Positions 18,413 through 27,586 of a DNA stretch of 64,000 nt are shown here, piece by piece. Location of the stretch: assembly GCA_964453135.1 (NCBI GenBank), contig CAYVOL010000001.1, positions 24,895 through 88,894 on the forward strand, in the 5' to 3' direction. The notes beneath the pieces were generated by a model. The model was not told the DNA's origin. It did no database searches and saw only the letters and a list, made by a program, of their open reading frames with translations. A program made the translations under genes and the position numbers. Position 1 is the first letter of the stretch; the number at the start of each line of letters is the position of its first letter. The DNA comes from an uncultured Candidatus Saccharibacteria bacterium. Lineage in GTDB: Bacteria > Patescibacteriota > Minisyncoccia > UBA6257 > UBA9933.

Positions 18413-19387
18413 TTATTGGGTGGCAGGTTTTTCGCGCTTCAGCGGCTGGGCGTGAATAAAACAAAGCTCGCCGTGAATTTTATGATCGTTGTAAGCGGAG
18501 GTGGCGGCGACCGCACCCATTGCCGCGGCGGTGATATCCTGCTTGAAATTTCCGAAATGATTGGTAATATCTCCGGCGGCGAATACTCCGTCAATGTTGG
18601 TTTTCATCATATTGTCAACTTTAATGTATCCGCGCTCGTCCAACTCAACGCCCAAAGATTCGACAAGGTCAACATTTGATTCCGCGCCAATTTCAATAAA
18701 TAATCCGTCTACTATCAGCTCGTCAGAATTTTTATATTGGCGAGAAAGGCGCAGTTTTTCCAATTTTTCCTTTCCGATTATTTCTTTCACTTCTGTTTCG
18801 TAAATAATTTCCACCTTATCGCCCAACTTTTTTAGCTGCTCAAGATTGACCGGCTCGGCGCTAACTTCTTTTTCCCGGACAATGAGAAAAATCTTGTTGG
18901 CATACTCAGCCGCCAGAAGCGCTCCTTTTATTGACGCGTCCCCTCCTCCCGCCAGAGCAATGGTTTTTCCCCCATATACCGGAGCGTCGCAGGTAACGCA
19001 ATAATGGACGCCTTTGGACGTCAATTCTTTTTCATTGGGAAGATTCAAGCGGCGCCTTCTTGTGCCCGCGGCGAAAATAATTTCACTTGCCTGATAAGAG
19101 GCTTTATCCGTCAAAACTTCAAAACAATGTTCCTGCCGTTTGACTGCTTTAACTTCGGCGTCTAAAATCTGCGCGCCGAAATTTTCCGCCTGTTTTTTCA
19201 TTGCGTTCATCAACTCAAATCCGTCAATGGATAAAAATCCGGGATAATTTTCAATATTTCCCGCGAGCGAAGTTTCTCCGCCGAATTCCTTGCCGATAAC
19301 CAGCACTTTCAATTGATACCGGCCGCCGTAAATCGCCGCTCCCAAACCGGCTGCTCCGGAACCGATTATTATGAGGTCGTAATTCAT
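18413..19387 (-). CDS. trxB: Thioredoxin reductase family flavoprotein
   Basis: GSGAAG, IENYPGF, GVHYCVTCD, GVFAAGD. Confidence 0.9.
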   Translation of the reverse strand: MNYDLIIIGSGAAGLGAAIYGGRYQLKVLVIGKEFGGETSLAGNIENYPGFLSIDGFELMNAMKKQAENFGAQILDAEVKAVKRQEHCFEVLTDKASYQASEIIFAAGTRRRRLNLPNEKELTSKGVHYCVTCDAPVYGGKTIALAGGGDASIKGALLAAEYANKIFLIVREKEVSAEPVNLEQLKKLGDKVEIIYETEVKEIIGKEKLEKLRLSRQYKNSDELIVDGLFIEIGAESNVDLVESLGVELDERGYIKVDNMMKTNIDGVFAAGDITNHFGNFKQDITAAAMGAVAATSAYNDHKIHGELCFIHAQPLKREKPATQ

Positions 19388-19401
19388 AAAAAACTTTTCT
19401 A

Positions 19402-19638
19402 TTATTTAATGCCGATGATGCTGGAGAGGCTTTCCTTGTCAAAACCGACAACAATTTCCCCTTCAATATCAATCACCGGCACGCCCATCTGGTGTGATTT
19501 GGCGACCATCTCGTCGCGCGCCGCCATATCAGAGGAAACGTCTTTTTCTTCGTATGGGACGTTATTTTCCTTAAAAAAGGCTTTGGTCATCTTGCAATAA
19601 ACGCAAGTGGGAGTTGTGTAGATAATTATTTTTTTCAT
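19402..19638 (-). CDS. Glutaredoxin/NrdH-like redoxin
   Basis: YTTPTCVYC, MGVPVI, VGFD. Confidence 0.92.
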   Translation of the reverse strand: MKKIIIYTTPTCVYCKMTKAFFKENNVPYEEKDVSSDMAARDEMVAKSHQMGVPVIDIEGEIVVGFDKESLSSIIGIK

Positions 19639-19729
19639 ACGCGTTTTATAATTTTAGTTTACTGCTATATCATACAAAAATTTTTGAAAATTGGGAAGGC
19701 AAGGTGGTTGCTATCAATATTCTACAAGA

Positions 19730-19764
19730 AATCCCCCGCATTCCAAAACAGAATGCGGGGGATT
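19730..19764. other. Perfect 14-bp hairpin just 3' of the putative DGR target (terminator and/or DGR cis hairpin)
   Basis: aatcccccgcattc-caaaaca-gaatgcgggggatt, 13 nt after the stop codon. Confidence 0.7.
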
Positions 19765-19777
19765 GAAATAAGTATGT

Positions 19778-20425
19778 TTAAGCCAGTTGCGGAACAACAA
19801 CCCGACGCCTGTAGACGGCGTACCGAACGTCGTCACGCTCAAACCGGAGGACACGCACGCGGAGCTCGCCACCCGAGTACACGCGCACATACACGCAGGC
19901 AACAAAGAAATGCTCATGCGACTTAAACAAAAAGAATGTCGCGTAGCCGTCGGTTTGGAGCCACCTTCTGTGCCCTTTCACGAAGTCCTTTATCTGGGCT
20001 TGCGTGAGGCACAATTTGTTTGGGTCTGTAGAAATAGACCCGAACATCTGCGCGAAAGTGGCGTCTTTCACCAATTCATAAACTTGGACCGGCATTTCTT
20101 TGGTTGTCGGCCCGGGTGCGTCCGTGCCCCAAAGCCGAAAAGCGCTGTCTATATACGCGAAAACATCTTTCGCGTCTGCCAGAACTTCCTTGCCATCGGT
20201 CGCGCCCAGAATCAGCGCCTCGTCGTTGGAGATGAGACGAACAAATTCATTTCGGCTATTCGATCCCCCCTCTGCGAACCTCCCCTCAATCGCGCCCTGA
20301 AGATGCTTCTTTAGAGCTTCCGCATCGTAGGGATAACCATTTTTCTGCCTCAACTGCCTTCCGATTTCAAATAACTGCCCCGTAATACTCTCGTACAGTT
20401 CGCCCGCGACAATCTGCTTTGCCAT
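19778..20425 (-). CDS. Hypothetical protein, probable DGR target with C-terminal variable region
   Basis: SD AAGGAG; 40 near-terminal codons contain only 9 A in 120 nt, with NNC/NNT codons alternating with fixed Val codons. Confidence 0.7.
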   Translation of the reverse strand: MAKQIVAGELYESITGQLFEIGRQLRQKNGYPYDAEALKKHLQGAIEGRFAEGGSNSRNEFVRLISNDEALILGATDGKEVLADAKDVFAYIDSAFRLWGTDAPGPTTKEMPVQVYELVKDATFAQMFGSISTDPNKLCLTQAQIKDFVKGHRRWLQTDGYATFFLFKSHEHFFVACVYVRVYSGGELRVRVLRFERDDVRYAVYRRRVVVPQLA

Positions 20426-20526
20426 GACGATTCTCCTTTTTCTTTTGTAAATTTACTGCGTTATAAGCCTGTTTTTCGGCGCCATACCGAAGCATTGCTT
20501 ATTTTTAAGCAATAACATTTATTTTA

Positions 20527-20994
20527 TTATTTGTTAATCATTCTGACAAAATTACTCTCCTGCGCGTCCAATTCCCTGTTGACCAGCCAATCCGCTTTTT
20601 TATTTTCTTCTCGCGGAATATGGATAAAATTTACTTTGCCAAAGTCCTGCTTCAAATTCCAGATTTCAATAAAAAAAGGAGTTAAATTTTCTTCTTTCAA
20701 TTTATATTTGCCGTTTAACTGCTTGACAACAAGTTCGCTGTCCGCCCTAACTTCAATTTCCGATTTTTTCGCCGCCTCTTTCCCGATAAGCTGTTTTGCT
20801 TTTTTCAATCCGAAAATTACGGCTTGATATTCTGCTTCGTTGTTTGTGGCAGTGCCCAGAAACTGGCTGTATTCGTGCAAGCCTTTTCCGCGTTTATCAG
20901 CGTCAAGTCCGCGCAAGTCTGCGATGACGCCTATGGCGGAATAACCGGGATTTCCCCGCGATCCGCCGTCGCAATAAATGATTATTTTCTCCAT
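20527..20994 (-). CDS. rnhA: Ribonuclease HI
   Basis: YCDGGSRGNPG, TNNEAEY, DSELVVKQL, HIPREENKKAD. Confidence 0.95.
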   Translation of the reverse strand: MEKIIIYCDGGSRGNPGYSAIGVIADLRGLDADKRGKGLHEYSQFLGTATNNEAEYQAVIFGLKKAKQLIGKEAAKKSEIEVRADSELVVKQLNGKYKLKEENLTPFFIEIWNLKQDFGKVNFIHIPREENKKADWLVNRELDAQESNFVRMINK

Positions 20995-21815
20995 GGTAAT
21001 GGTTTATCGGCGTCCAATCTGAATCCGCTTGCCGCTTTGTGGCCGCCACCGCCATATTTTACTCCGATTTTAGAAACATCAAATTTGCCGTCCGAGCGGA
21101 GCGAAACATTAATCTTACCCGCCTTGCGAGCCCAGATAATAGCGGGTGCTTTTCTATTTTTCACAATCCAATTCCCTATTTCCGAACGCCAAATCGGTGA
21201 ATTAACAACATAAAATGTTTTATTTTCCAATTTTGCTTTTTCCGCGCCGCCCGCAATATCTTTCAAAATTTCATCCCGATATTTCAAAATCAATTTCCCG
21301 TCATTAATATACTTCTTTCTTTTTTGAGGATTTTCAAAATCCGCTACCATCTTATTAAATTTTTTGAAATCAAAACCGCTATGAATTTCTAACGTCAACA
21401 GCGCTTCTCTTGTGAAAGGCATTTTGAATTTCCAGAGATCAATGTCTTCAATATGCCGCAAAAGCCGCGGCGTCGGCTTGCCCGGCCAAAAATATCGCCA
21501 AGCCGCGACCGCCCCCGAATGATCGGCGCTGTAATAAAACTTTTTATAATCTTTCATTTCTTCAACCAAAGAAATATGATGGTCAATAATCGTAATATTG
21601 GGATTGGCCGCCAATAATTTTTCAAACTGCGGCCGATGATAGCAAAAGTCAATCAAAAAAATTTCCTTGCGATTTTTCAAGTCTTTAATTTTCGGCAAAG
21701 CGCGGTACTCAACGGCTTTATAATCCGCACGATTGCCGAATTTCTTCCGAGCAGCCCACGCGCCGCAAAAACCGTCAAAACAATTTTTATGATAAAGAAT
21801 TAAATATGGTTTCAT
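20982..21815 (-). CDS. DHH/DHHA1 family phosphoesterase
   Basis: YH..CFDG, IDF, IDHH, SLRS, GGGGHKAASG. Confidence 0.92.
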   Translation of the reverse strand: MKPYLILYHKNCFDGFCGAWAARKKFGNRADYKAVEYRALPKIKDLKNRKEIFLIDFCYHRPQFEKLLAANPNITIIDHHISLVEEMKDYKKFYYSADHSGAVAAWRYFWPGKPTPRLLRHIEDIDLWKFKMPFTREALLTLEIHSGFDFKKFNKMVADFENPQKRKKYINDGKLILKYRDEILKDIAGGAEKAKLENKTFYVVNSPIWRSEIGNWIVKNRKAPAIIWARKAGKINVSLRSDGKFDVSKIGVKYGGGGHKAASGFRLDADKPLPWRK

Positions 21816-21816
21816 A

Positions 21817-23067
21817 TTATTCCAGCGCTTTAATTCCGGGGAGTTTTTTGCCGGATAGATATTCTAACATCGCTCCTCCTCCTGTGGATATCCACAGGCG
21901 CGGAATAACGCGGACTTGACGCTGAATATCGCTGAATTTATTTCTGCGTAATTCTGCGTGGTTTTCTGCGAAATTCCGCGCATCGTTTTGAAAAAACGAT
22001 GAGGTTTCGCCGCCGCCGATAACGGAAAACGCTTTTTGGTTGCCGATTATTGCCTTGGCAACCGCTTCTGACGCGCGGGCAAATTTTTTATTTTCAAAAT
22101 AACCCATGGGCCCGTTCCAAATAATAACTCTGGCTTTTTTAATTATATCGGAATAAAGGCGCGCGGTATTGGGGCCGAGGTCTAAAATTTTTCTTTTTTC
22201 CACCACATAATCAATCGGCAGAATAATTTTTTTACTTCGCATCAGCCGGCGCGCCACTCCTTTTTCGTCCGCTGTTTTATCGTAGATAGAATCGCCGATG
22301 GGCAATCCTTGAACTTTTAAAAAATTATGGGCAATGCCTCCGCCGATAAGAAAATAATCGGCGCTCCGCCGGCCGGTAGACAAAAAATTTTTAATCAATC
22401 CGATTTTGTCGGAAATTTTCGCGCCACCCATTATGACGACCAGGGGATGCCTGTGATTTTTCAAAACTTTATCAAGATTTTTGACTTCTTTTTCCAGCAA
22501 TAATCCGGCGTACGACGGCAAAAACTTAGTAATGGCGCAGACCGAGGAGTCAGCGCGATGGCTTACCGCAAACGCATCATTGACGTAAAAATCTCCCAGA
22601 GACGCCAAACGCCGAGCCATGGCAACATTTCTCCAATCATCACTTTCTTCTCCCAAAAAAAACCTGAGATTTTCAAACAGCAAGACACTTCTCTGGTCGT
22701 CTTGAATAATCCTTCTGATATGCGGCCGCATAAAATAAGAGTATTCCAGAAATCCCACATTGGTTTTTAAAATATTTTCCAATAATTTCACGAATGGCGA
22801 GAGAGTGAAATCAAAATTTTCTTTGGCGAATTGCCAATCTATATTCACGCCGCGTAATAATTTTTCCTCCTGATGGATGGGACGCCCCCGATGGCTCAAC
22901 AAAACTATTTTTACTTTGTTTTTAAGAAGAAATTTTATGGTCGGTAAAATCGCCTGAATGCGCAGATTGTTTTTATCCAGTTCGCTGTTTTTTATATTCA
23001 AATCTACCCTCAACAGGCAAATTTTTCCCTGCAAATCTTTTTTTGATAAAGAGGATAGGAGTTTCAT
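21817..23067 (-). CDS. pgk: Phosphoglycerate kinase with in-frame repeat insertions
   Basis: RVDLN, SHRGRP, ENLRF, NDAFAVSHR, GGAKISDK, WNGPMG, STGGGAMLEYLSGKKLPG. Confidence 0.96.
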   Translation of the reverse strand: MKLLSSLSKKDLQGKICLLRVDLNIKNSELDKNNLRIQAILPTIKFLLKNKVKIVLLSHRGRPIHQEEKLLRGVNIDWQFAKENFDFTLSPFVKLLENILKTNVGFLEYSYFMRPHIRRIIQDDQRSVLLFENLRFFLGEESDDWRNVAMARRLASLGDFYVNDAFAVSHRADSSVCAITKFLPSYAGLLLEKEVKNLDKVLKNHRHPLVVIMGGAKISDKIGLIKNFLSTGRRSADYFLIGGGIAHNFLKVQGLPIGDSIYDKTADEKGVARRLMRSKKIILPIDYVVEKRKILDLGPNTARLYSDIIKKARVIIWNGPMGYFENKKFARASEAVAKAIIGNQKAFSVIGGGETSSFFQNDARNFAENHAELRRNKFSDIQRQVRVIPRLWISTGGGAMLEYLSGKKLPGIKALE

Positions 23068-23735
23068 TTGTTAAATATCAATTCTTCAAAAAAATGTTTT
23101 TTCGACTTTTCCGCCAATTCTAATATTTCAAAAAATCCCGGAATAAATTTGCTTTTGAATTTCGCGGCGTTTGCCCACTGGCAGACGCCTTTTTCCGAGT
23201 CGCAAATCAAACTCCCTGAAAACTTGTCGGAAAAAAACACATGGCATAGCATATGCGAAACCAGTTCTTGGTCTTTGTAAACGAGCAGGTAAGCGTCTCC
23301 TTTATGCGACACATCCGCCAAAAGTCCGGTTTTTTCTTTCAATTCCCGCTTCGCGGCTACTAAGAAATTCTCCCCGAAATGAATTTTGCCGTAAGGGAAT
23401 CCCGCTAAGCCGTGAAACGGCTGACGCTTGTTGAAATACAAAAGATGTTCTCCATTATTATTTTTGATTATCAAAAGATTGACGATTTTTGGCTGAACAC
23501 GGTGTTCCACCGACGAGAAACTTATTTTATCAACGAAACGCAACCCATTGCCGGTTAGCTTATAGCCACCAACGACTTTTTCAAGCAATCCTTCTTTGAT
23601 TAATCGCTTCAAATGATAAACAAAAAGATTACTTTCCGCTCCGGATGGCTTCAAGTCGCGATATCTTACGATATCGCCCACGGCCATTTTCTTCAAGATA
23701 TATTTCGCAATATCCATAAAAACATGTTTAGTCAA
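23064..23735 (-). CDS. Winged-helix plus NUDIX domain protein
   Basis: SNLFVYHLKRLIKEGL (wHTH); GKIHFGENFLVAAKRELKEKTGL (Nudix box). Confidence 0.8.
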   Translation of the reverse strand: MTKHVFMDIAKYILKKMAVGDIVRYRDLKPSGAESNLFVYHLKRLIKEGLLEKVVGGYKLTGNGLRFVDKISFSSVEHRVQPKIVNLLIIKNNNGEHLLYFNKRQPFHGLAGFPYGKIHFGENFLVAAKRELKEKTGLLADVSHKGDAYLLVYKDQELVSHMLCHVFFSDKFSGSLICDSEKGVCQWANAAKFKSKFIPGFFEILELAEKSKKHFFEELIFNK

Positions 23736-23844
23736 TTAAATTTGACTCAACCCTATTTTGTCTTGAATCTCATTCTTTTACAACCTAATTTTATATTAGA
23801 ACATTAACACAAATCCAACAACCTTCTATTTGAAAGGGGATGCC

Positions 23845-24555
23845 ATGGAAATCCTAATTAGAAATCCCGAACTACCGGAAAAATGCGGCAAAGCGCGGAT
23901 CAGTTACGAAAATAATATCATCCAACCCTCGAGGAACGGGGAAACGATACACCTGCCCATAAAAGTAAAACATCAATATGCAGATGGATGCTTCATGGAC
24001 CTGCATCTCTTACAACAAAAGACGCAATTCCTTTTTTCTATAGCGCCGTACCATGGTAATGGCATTGTTTACGAAAGTGATCGATTGCTGTGGTTCGGAG
24101 GGACTGACGAAGAACCATTCCTGACAAGACTTAATCCGTATGCTCTATATGTATTTGAACAATGCGGAGAAAAAGGTTTCTTTGAGTATCTGAAGCCAAA
24201 AGAAATTGTAGAAATGGAATCTATAACCGGAAAAGGAACAAAAAGGCAAGGCGATATTTTCGCTATGCCCGTGCCGTTTCCTTGGAAGACAATAGAGACT
24301 ATGGCACGACTGATACGAGATGAAAGCGAGAGCCGGGGAGAACTAATGGAGACCGAGAAAGATGGCGTCAGTGTCTATGGCACCAGACATCGATTCACGG
24401 GCATCACAACATCCGTCCACATCAAGGTTGCCTCGCTTTCTCTCTGGATTTGTGAGGGCGTCCTTACGGCGCCGGATCATCAAGATTTAGAACTGAAAGA
24501 GCCGCATGCCTTATTCCAGGCGGCCAATCTCTTTGATCCGAAAAACGCCGATTGA
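23845..24555 (+). CDS. Hypothetical protein with RQGD and His motifs (ORF open from 23830)
   Basis: AAAGGGG before ATG 23845; WFGGTDE, KRQGDIFA, GTRH, APDH. Confidence 0.7.
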   Translation: MEILIRNPELPEKCGKARISYENNIIQPSRNGETIHLPIKVKHQYADGCFMDLHLLQQKTQFLFSIAPYHGNGIVYESDRLLWFGGTDEEPFLTRLNPYALYVFEQCGEKGFFEYLKPKEIVEMESITGKGTKRQGDIFAMPVPFPWKTIETMARLIRDESESRGELMETEKDGVSVYGTRHRFTGITTSVHIKVASLSLWICEGVLTAPDHQDLELKEPHALFQAANLFDPKNAD

Positions 24556-24581
24556 TTTTCGGCTGACTGGGATGAAACGAA

Positions 24582-24618
24582 AATAGCCTCCACCAGGTAA
24601 TACCTGGTGGAGGCTATT
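24582..24618. terminator. Perfect 18-bp inverted repeat between convergent accessory genes
   Basis: aatagcctccaccaggta-a-tacctggtggaggctatt. Confidence 0.75.
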
Positions 24619-24638
24619 ATATTGCTTGCGAATTTCCC

Positions 24639-25112
24639 CTATTTCTTCCGCTCTTTCATATGCGGGATATCGAGAATCTTCGCGAAATAGACATCTGTCT
24701 CCTGCTCTTCTATTTTTTCCTCCTTTCTTGTTGTCTCCGTCTCCGTTGACGGAAGAGGCGAAGGTTTTTCGCTTTCCGTAGCGGCGGCATGCTGTTCCTC
24801 GCCTTTCTTTTCCCTCCTTTCAGCCAACACGCCGTCAAAATACTGTTTCTTTTCGGCGTAAAGCTGACTCTCACCGGCGGTCAAATCTTCGCCGGTTACA
24901 AGTTTTGTTATGACCCGCTCATTGGCAATCACCGACTTGCGGGCCTCCACTTTGGAATCGAGGCGATCCTTGTGGTGGGAGTAAAAATTCTGCTCTTCTT
25001 TCGTCAGTTCATTGCCCTGGACGATTTTTTCAACCACCGCCGAGTCATCCGGAGCTCCGCAACCCGCCAAAGCAAAAGCAAGAATCAAGCTCATGGCTAT
25101 GGTTTTTTTCAT
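24639..25112 (-). CDS. Lipoprotein with internal about 42-aa repeat
   Basis: Lipobox LAGC; VVEKIVQGNELTKEEQNFY vs VITKLVTGEDLTAGESQLY. Confidence 0.75.
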   Translation of the reverse strand: MKKTIAMSLILAFALAGCGAPDDSAVVEKIVQGNELTKEEQNFYSHHKDRLDSKVEARKSVIANERVITKLVTGEDLTAGESQLYAEKKQYFDGVLAERREKKGEEQHAAATESEKPSPLPSTETETTRKEEKIEEQETDVYFAKILDIPHMKERKK

Positions 25113-26348
25113 TTACTTCTTCTCCGGCGTTTTACCGCCCTTCACGCTCAGGTCCACCCCAAGCGTTTTGGCGGCCTGTATAGTCAGCAAATCCATCATG
25201 CTGGCTACGGGCTGTCCGGGCGCATACGTTCCATTGGCCCCGCCCATGACGATTTGCGGAGTCCAGTTTTGCTTGCCAAACTCCTGAGCAAACCTGCCCA
25301 TTACCCGCTCCAGAGTCTCAAGCTTGAGAGCCAGGGCGCCATCCGCCTGCATAATCAGGCGGCGCTTCTCGCCCTCACCCTGACCGAGCAAGATATCCCT
25401 TTGTCTGGTGAATTCGGCCGCCTCTTTGTCAAGCTTGGCGACCTCCTTCCTTTGCTCGGCTTCAGTAACCGCTTTCGCCTTCAGAGCTTCCTGAGTCCAT
25501 TTGGCTCTAGCGGCCGCCGCCTGGCCGTCTTTCTCCGCGGTAATCGCGGCCTGTTCAGACTTTTTCGCCTGGGCGATAGCCGTCTGAACTTGCATAATTG
25601 CGTCTTGTTGCTGCTTAATCTGCCCCTCAACAATTTCATCGTACAGCACCTCATTTATTGAGGGATTGAAAACCCGGATGCCGAACTCTTTAAGCGGCGA
25701 TTCGTCCGCACGAATGTAATTGCCGCTTTTGTCGCGCATCAACTGCACGATATTGACCGTTTTCATCTGACCGGTCATCTGATCAGGAACTCGTTGCTGG
25801 ACCGTTTCAGTCCGGTAGATCCCATTCTGGACCTGGTCCTCAATGAACGTAAGAAGCTCGTTGCGGCGCTCCGCATACGACTCCTTCGAGCTCATCAAAG
25901 GGCCGGTCATGTACACGGCTTTTTCAACCACCGTGCGAATTAGTTGCTGTTCAACCGCACGCTCAGTCTTGTACTTACTGAGGAGCTTGTACAAATGCCC
26001 CTCATCAATCGGCATCTCCCATGAGATTGACCCGGAGATGCGGGCATGGCCGCCGTCATTAAAGCGAATTTTGATTGACTCGTCCTGCTCCTTTCCCTGG
26101 TCCCCCTTAGAGGAGAACCAGAATTGAGTCCGCTTGTGAAAGCGTGTTACGGTAGCGAGCCACTGGGTATACGGCCCCTGCTCCGTTATCCATCGAATAT
26201 TTCCGGTTGGGTATTGAAGCGAAACAATTTCTTCCGCCCCTACCCATATAATCATCTTGAAAGCGGATACAATCAAAAGTACCGCCATCAAGATGCCAAC
26301 AATTCCGGCAAACATCTTCTTCCCGCTACTAAAAAAGTCGCTCTCCAC
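25113..26348 (-). CDS. SPFH/band-7 (flotillin-like) domain protein
   Basis: TM, IRFNDGG, GPLMSSKESYAERR, AE-rich coiled coil; AAAGGAG precedes GTG at 26348. Confidence 0.8.
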   Translation of the reverse strand: MESDFFSSGKKMFAGIVGILMAVLLIVSAFKMIIWVGAEEIVSLQYPTGNIRWITEQGPYTQWLATVTRFHKRTQFWFSSKGDQGKEQDESIKIRFNDGGHARISGSISWEMPIDEGHLYKLLSKYKTERAVEQQLIRTVVEKAVYMTGPLMSSKESYAERRNELLTFIEDQVQNGIYRTETVQQRVPDQMTGQMKTVNIVQLMRDKSGNYIRADESPLKEFGIRVFNPSINEVLYDEIVEGQIKQQQDAIMQVQTAIAQAKKSEQAAITAEKDGQAAAARAKWTQEALKAKAVTEAEQRKEVAKLDKEAAEFTRQRDILLGQGEGEKRRLIMQADGALALKLETLERVMGRFAQEFGKQNWTPQIVMGGANGTYAPGQPVASMMDLLTIQAAKTLGVDLSVKGGKTPEKK

Positions 26349-26396
26349 GTCTTGCTCCTTTCGCAATAATTTGATTTTTTCGTTAGCTTCTTCGCG

Positions 26397-26663
26397 CTAC
26401 TTTTCTTCCACTCTTTTTTCTTTTTTGCCTACGCTCCTCCTCCTTTGTTTAAGAGCCTCCTGTAAATCGGCAACCTTCTCCCGCGTCGCCAGATCCGCCA
26501 TTTCTTCCTCGGCTTCTGCCAAGCCCTTCTCCGATTTCTTGAAAATCCAAAAGAAGGGTTTACTGGAGAAAGCCGGATACACCACCTGGCTGACCAAAAA
26601 CGACGCCAGCACAAGGACCAAGACGATTTCTGCGACTTCCACAACTGCCAGCATCAATATCAC
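26397..26663 (-). CDS. Small membrane protein with coiled-coil tail
   Basis: [17 protein letters not shown], charged tail; overlaps the upstream stop codon. Confidence 0.65.
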   Translation of the reverse strand: MILMLAVVEVAEIVLVLVLASFLVSQVVYPAFSSKPFFWIFKKSEKGLAEAEEEMADLATREKVADLQEALKQRRRSVGKKEKRVEEK

Positions 26664-27337
26664 CCCCTTTCCACTTCTATCTTATTGGCTTTCTTTACCA
26701 CTTTCTCCCCGTACCTCCGCAAATGCCTTTTCCAGTGCGAGCCGGCGTAATACTTAGCCGCCGCGATCTTTTCAGCGCGAAACGAACCAGTGTCCGCTCC
26801 GGCGTTTCTAAGATAAAGCGCGGTAGCCAGGAAGGCGTCTCTGTGTCTCCATGGAGAGGGATGTTTGCCTGTAAGAAAAGCGATCTGGCCGCTGTATTCC
26901 GCCCAAGTTGACGGGATAAACTGCGCCGGCCCCATTGCCCCTCCATAAGTTCCGTCGCGGGCAATGGGACAAGAAACCGGAATCGTATCTGGATTCAAAC
27001 CCGATTCCCTGACAATTTCCAGAAATACAGGAATATCGCGCGTCGGGTGCATAGCAGTTTTATAATTGCACTTACCCATGCTTTTCCCCAACGTTGACTC
27101 GCGGTCCAAAACCGCCAGAATCAAGGCGGCGCGAACTCCGGTTTTCGATTCGGCAAACTTGGCGAATTTATAAGCGTCTTCAAACTTAAGCTCTCCGCCG
27201 CCGATAAATTCAAAAGTCTTATCCACCCTTTCCTTTTCTACCCAAATCATAGTCGCCATAAAAGCGACAATAATCACAATTAAAGCCGCCAAAGCGGAAG
27301 CTACCTTTGGGAATATCTTCTTGGCAATTGTTGTCAA
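26660..27337 (-). CDS. Membrane-anchored lytic transglycosylase (duplicate of neighbour's catalytic domain)
   Basis: VLDRES catalytic Glu, [14 protein letters not shown]; SD AGGAGG before TTG. Confidence 0.85.
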   Translation of the reverse strand: MTTIAKKIFPKVASALAALIVIIVAFMATMIWVEKERVDKTFEFIGGGELKFEDAYKFAKFAESKTGVRAALILAVLDRESTLGKSMGKCNYKTAMHPTRDIPVFLEIVRESGLNPDTIPVSCPIARDGTYGGAMGPAQFIPSTWAEYSGQIAFLTGKHPSPWRHRDAFLATALYLRNAGADTGSFRAEKIAAAKYYAGSHWKRHLRRYGEKVVKKANKIEVERG

Positions 27338-27586
27338 TGTAATTTCCTCCTAATTCTGATAAAAGTTGTTCTTTTTGTTTTTAGAGATGTCTATTCTTAT
27401 TCTATTGTGAAGGTACTTATTCAGGCCGAAAAGTCAGCGGCCCGAATATTTTAAGCAGCCGCCCCATGATAAATCGCAGGGAATTTGCTTCCTCGTATTT
27501 ATCCATAATTTGATTAAATTGTCAAATTAATGTAAAATTATAATTTAAATATTTGGATTATGGTGTGCCTTTCAAAACTACTGCGA

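Noticed and set aside
24789-25661. Long antisense ORFs (24789-25661, 32045-32644, 19787-20314, 45255-45830 and others)
   Set aside because: Shadows of well-supported genes on the other strand, with no motifs of their own.
23830-27337. Prophage or integrative element
   Set aside because: No integrase, terminase, capsid or replication genes and no att-like repeats found; kept as an accessory operon.
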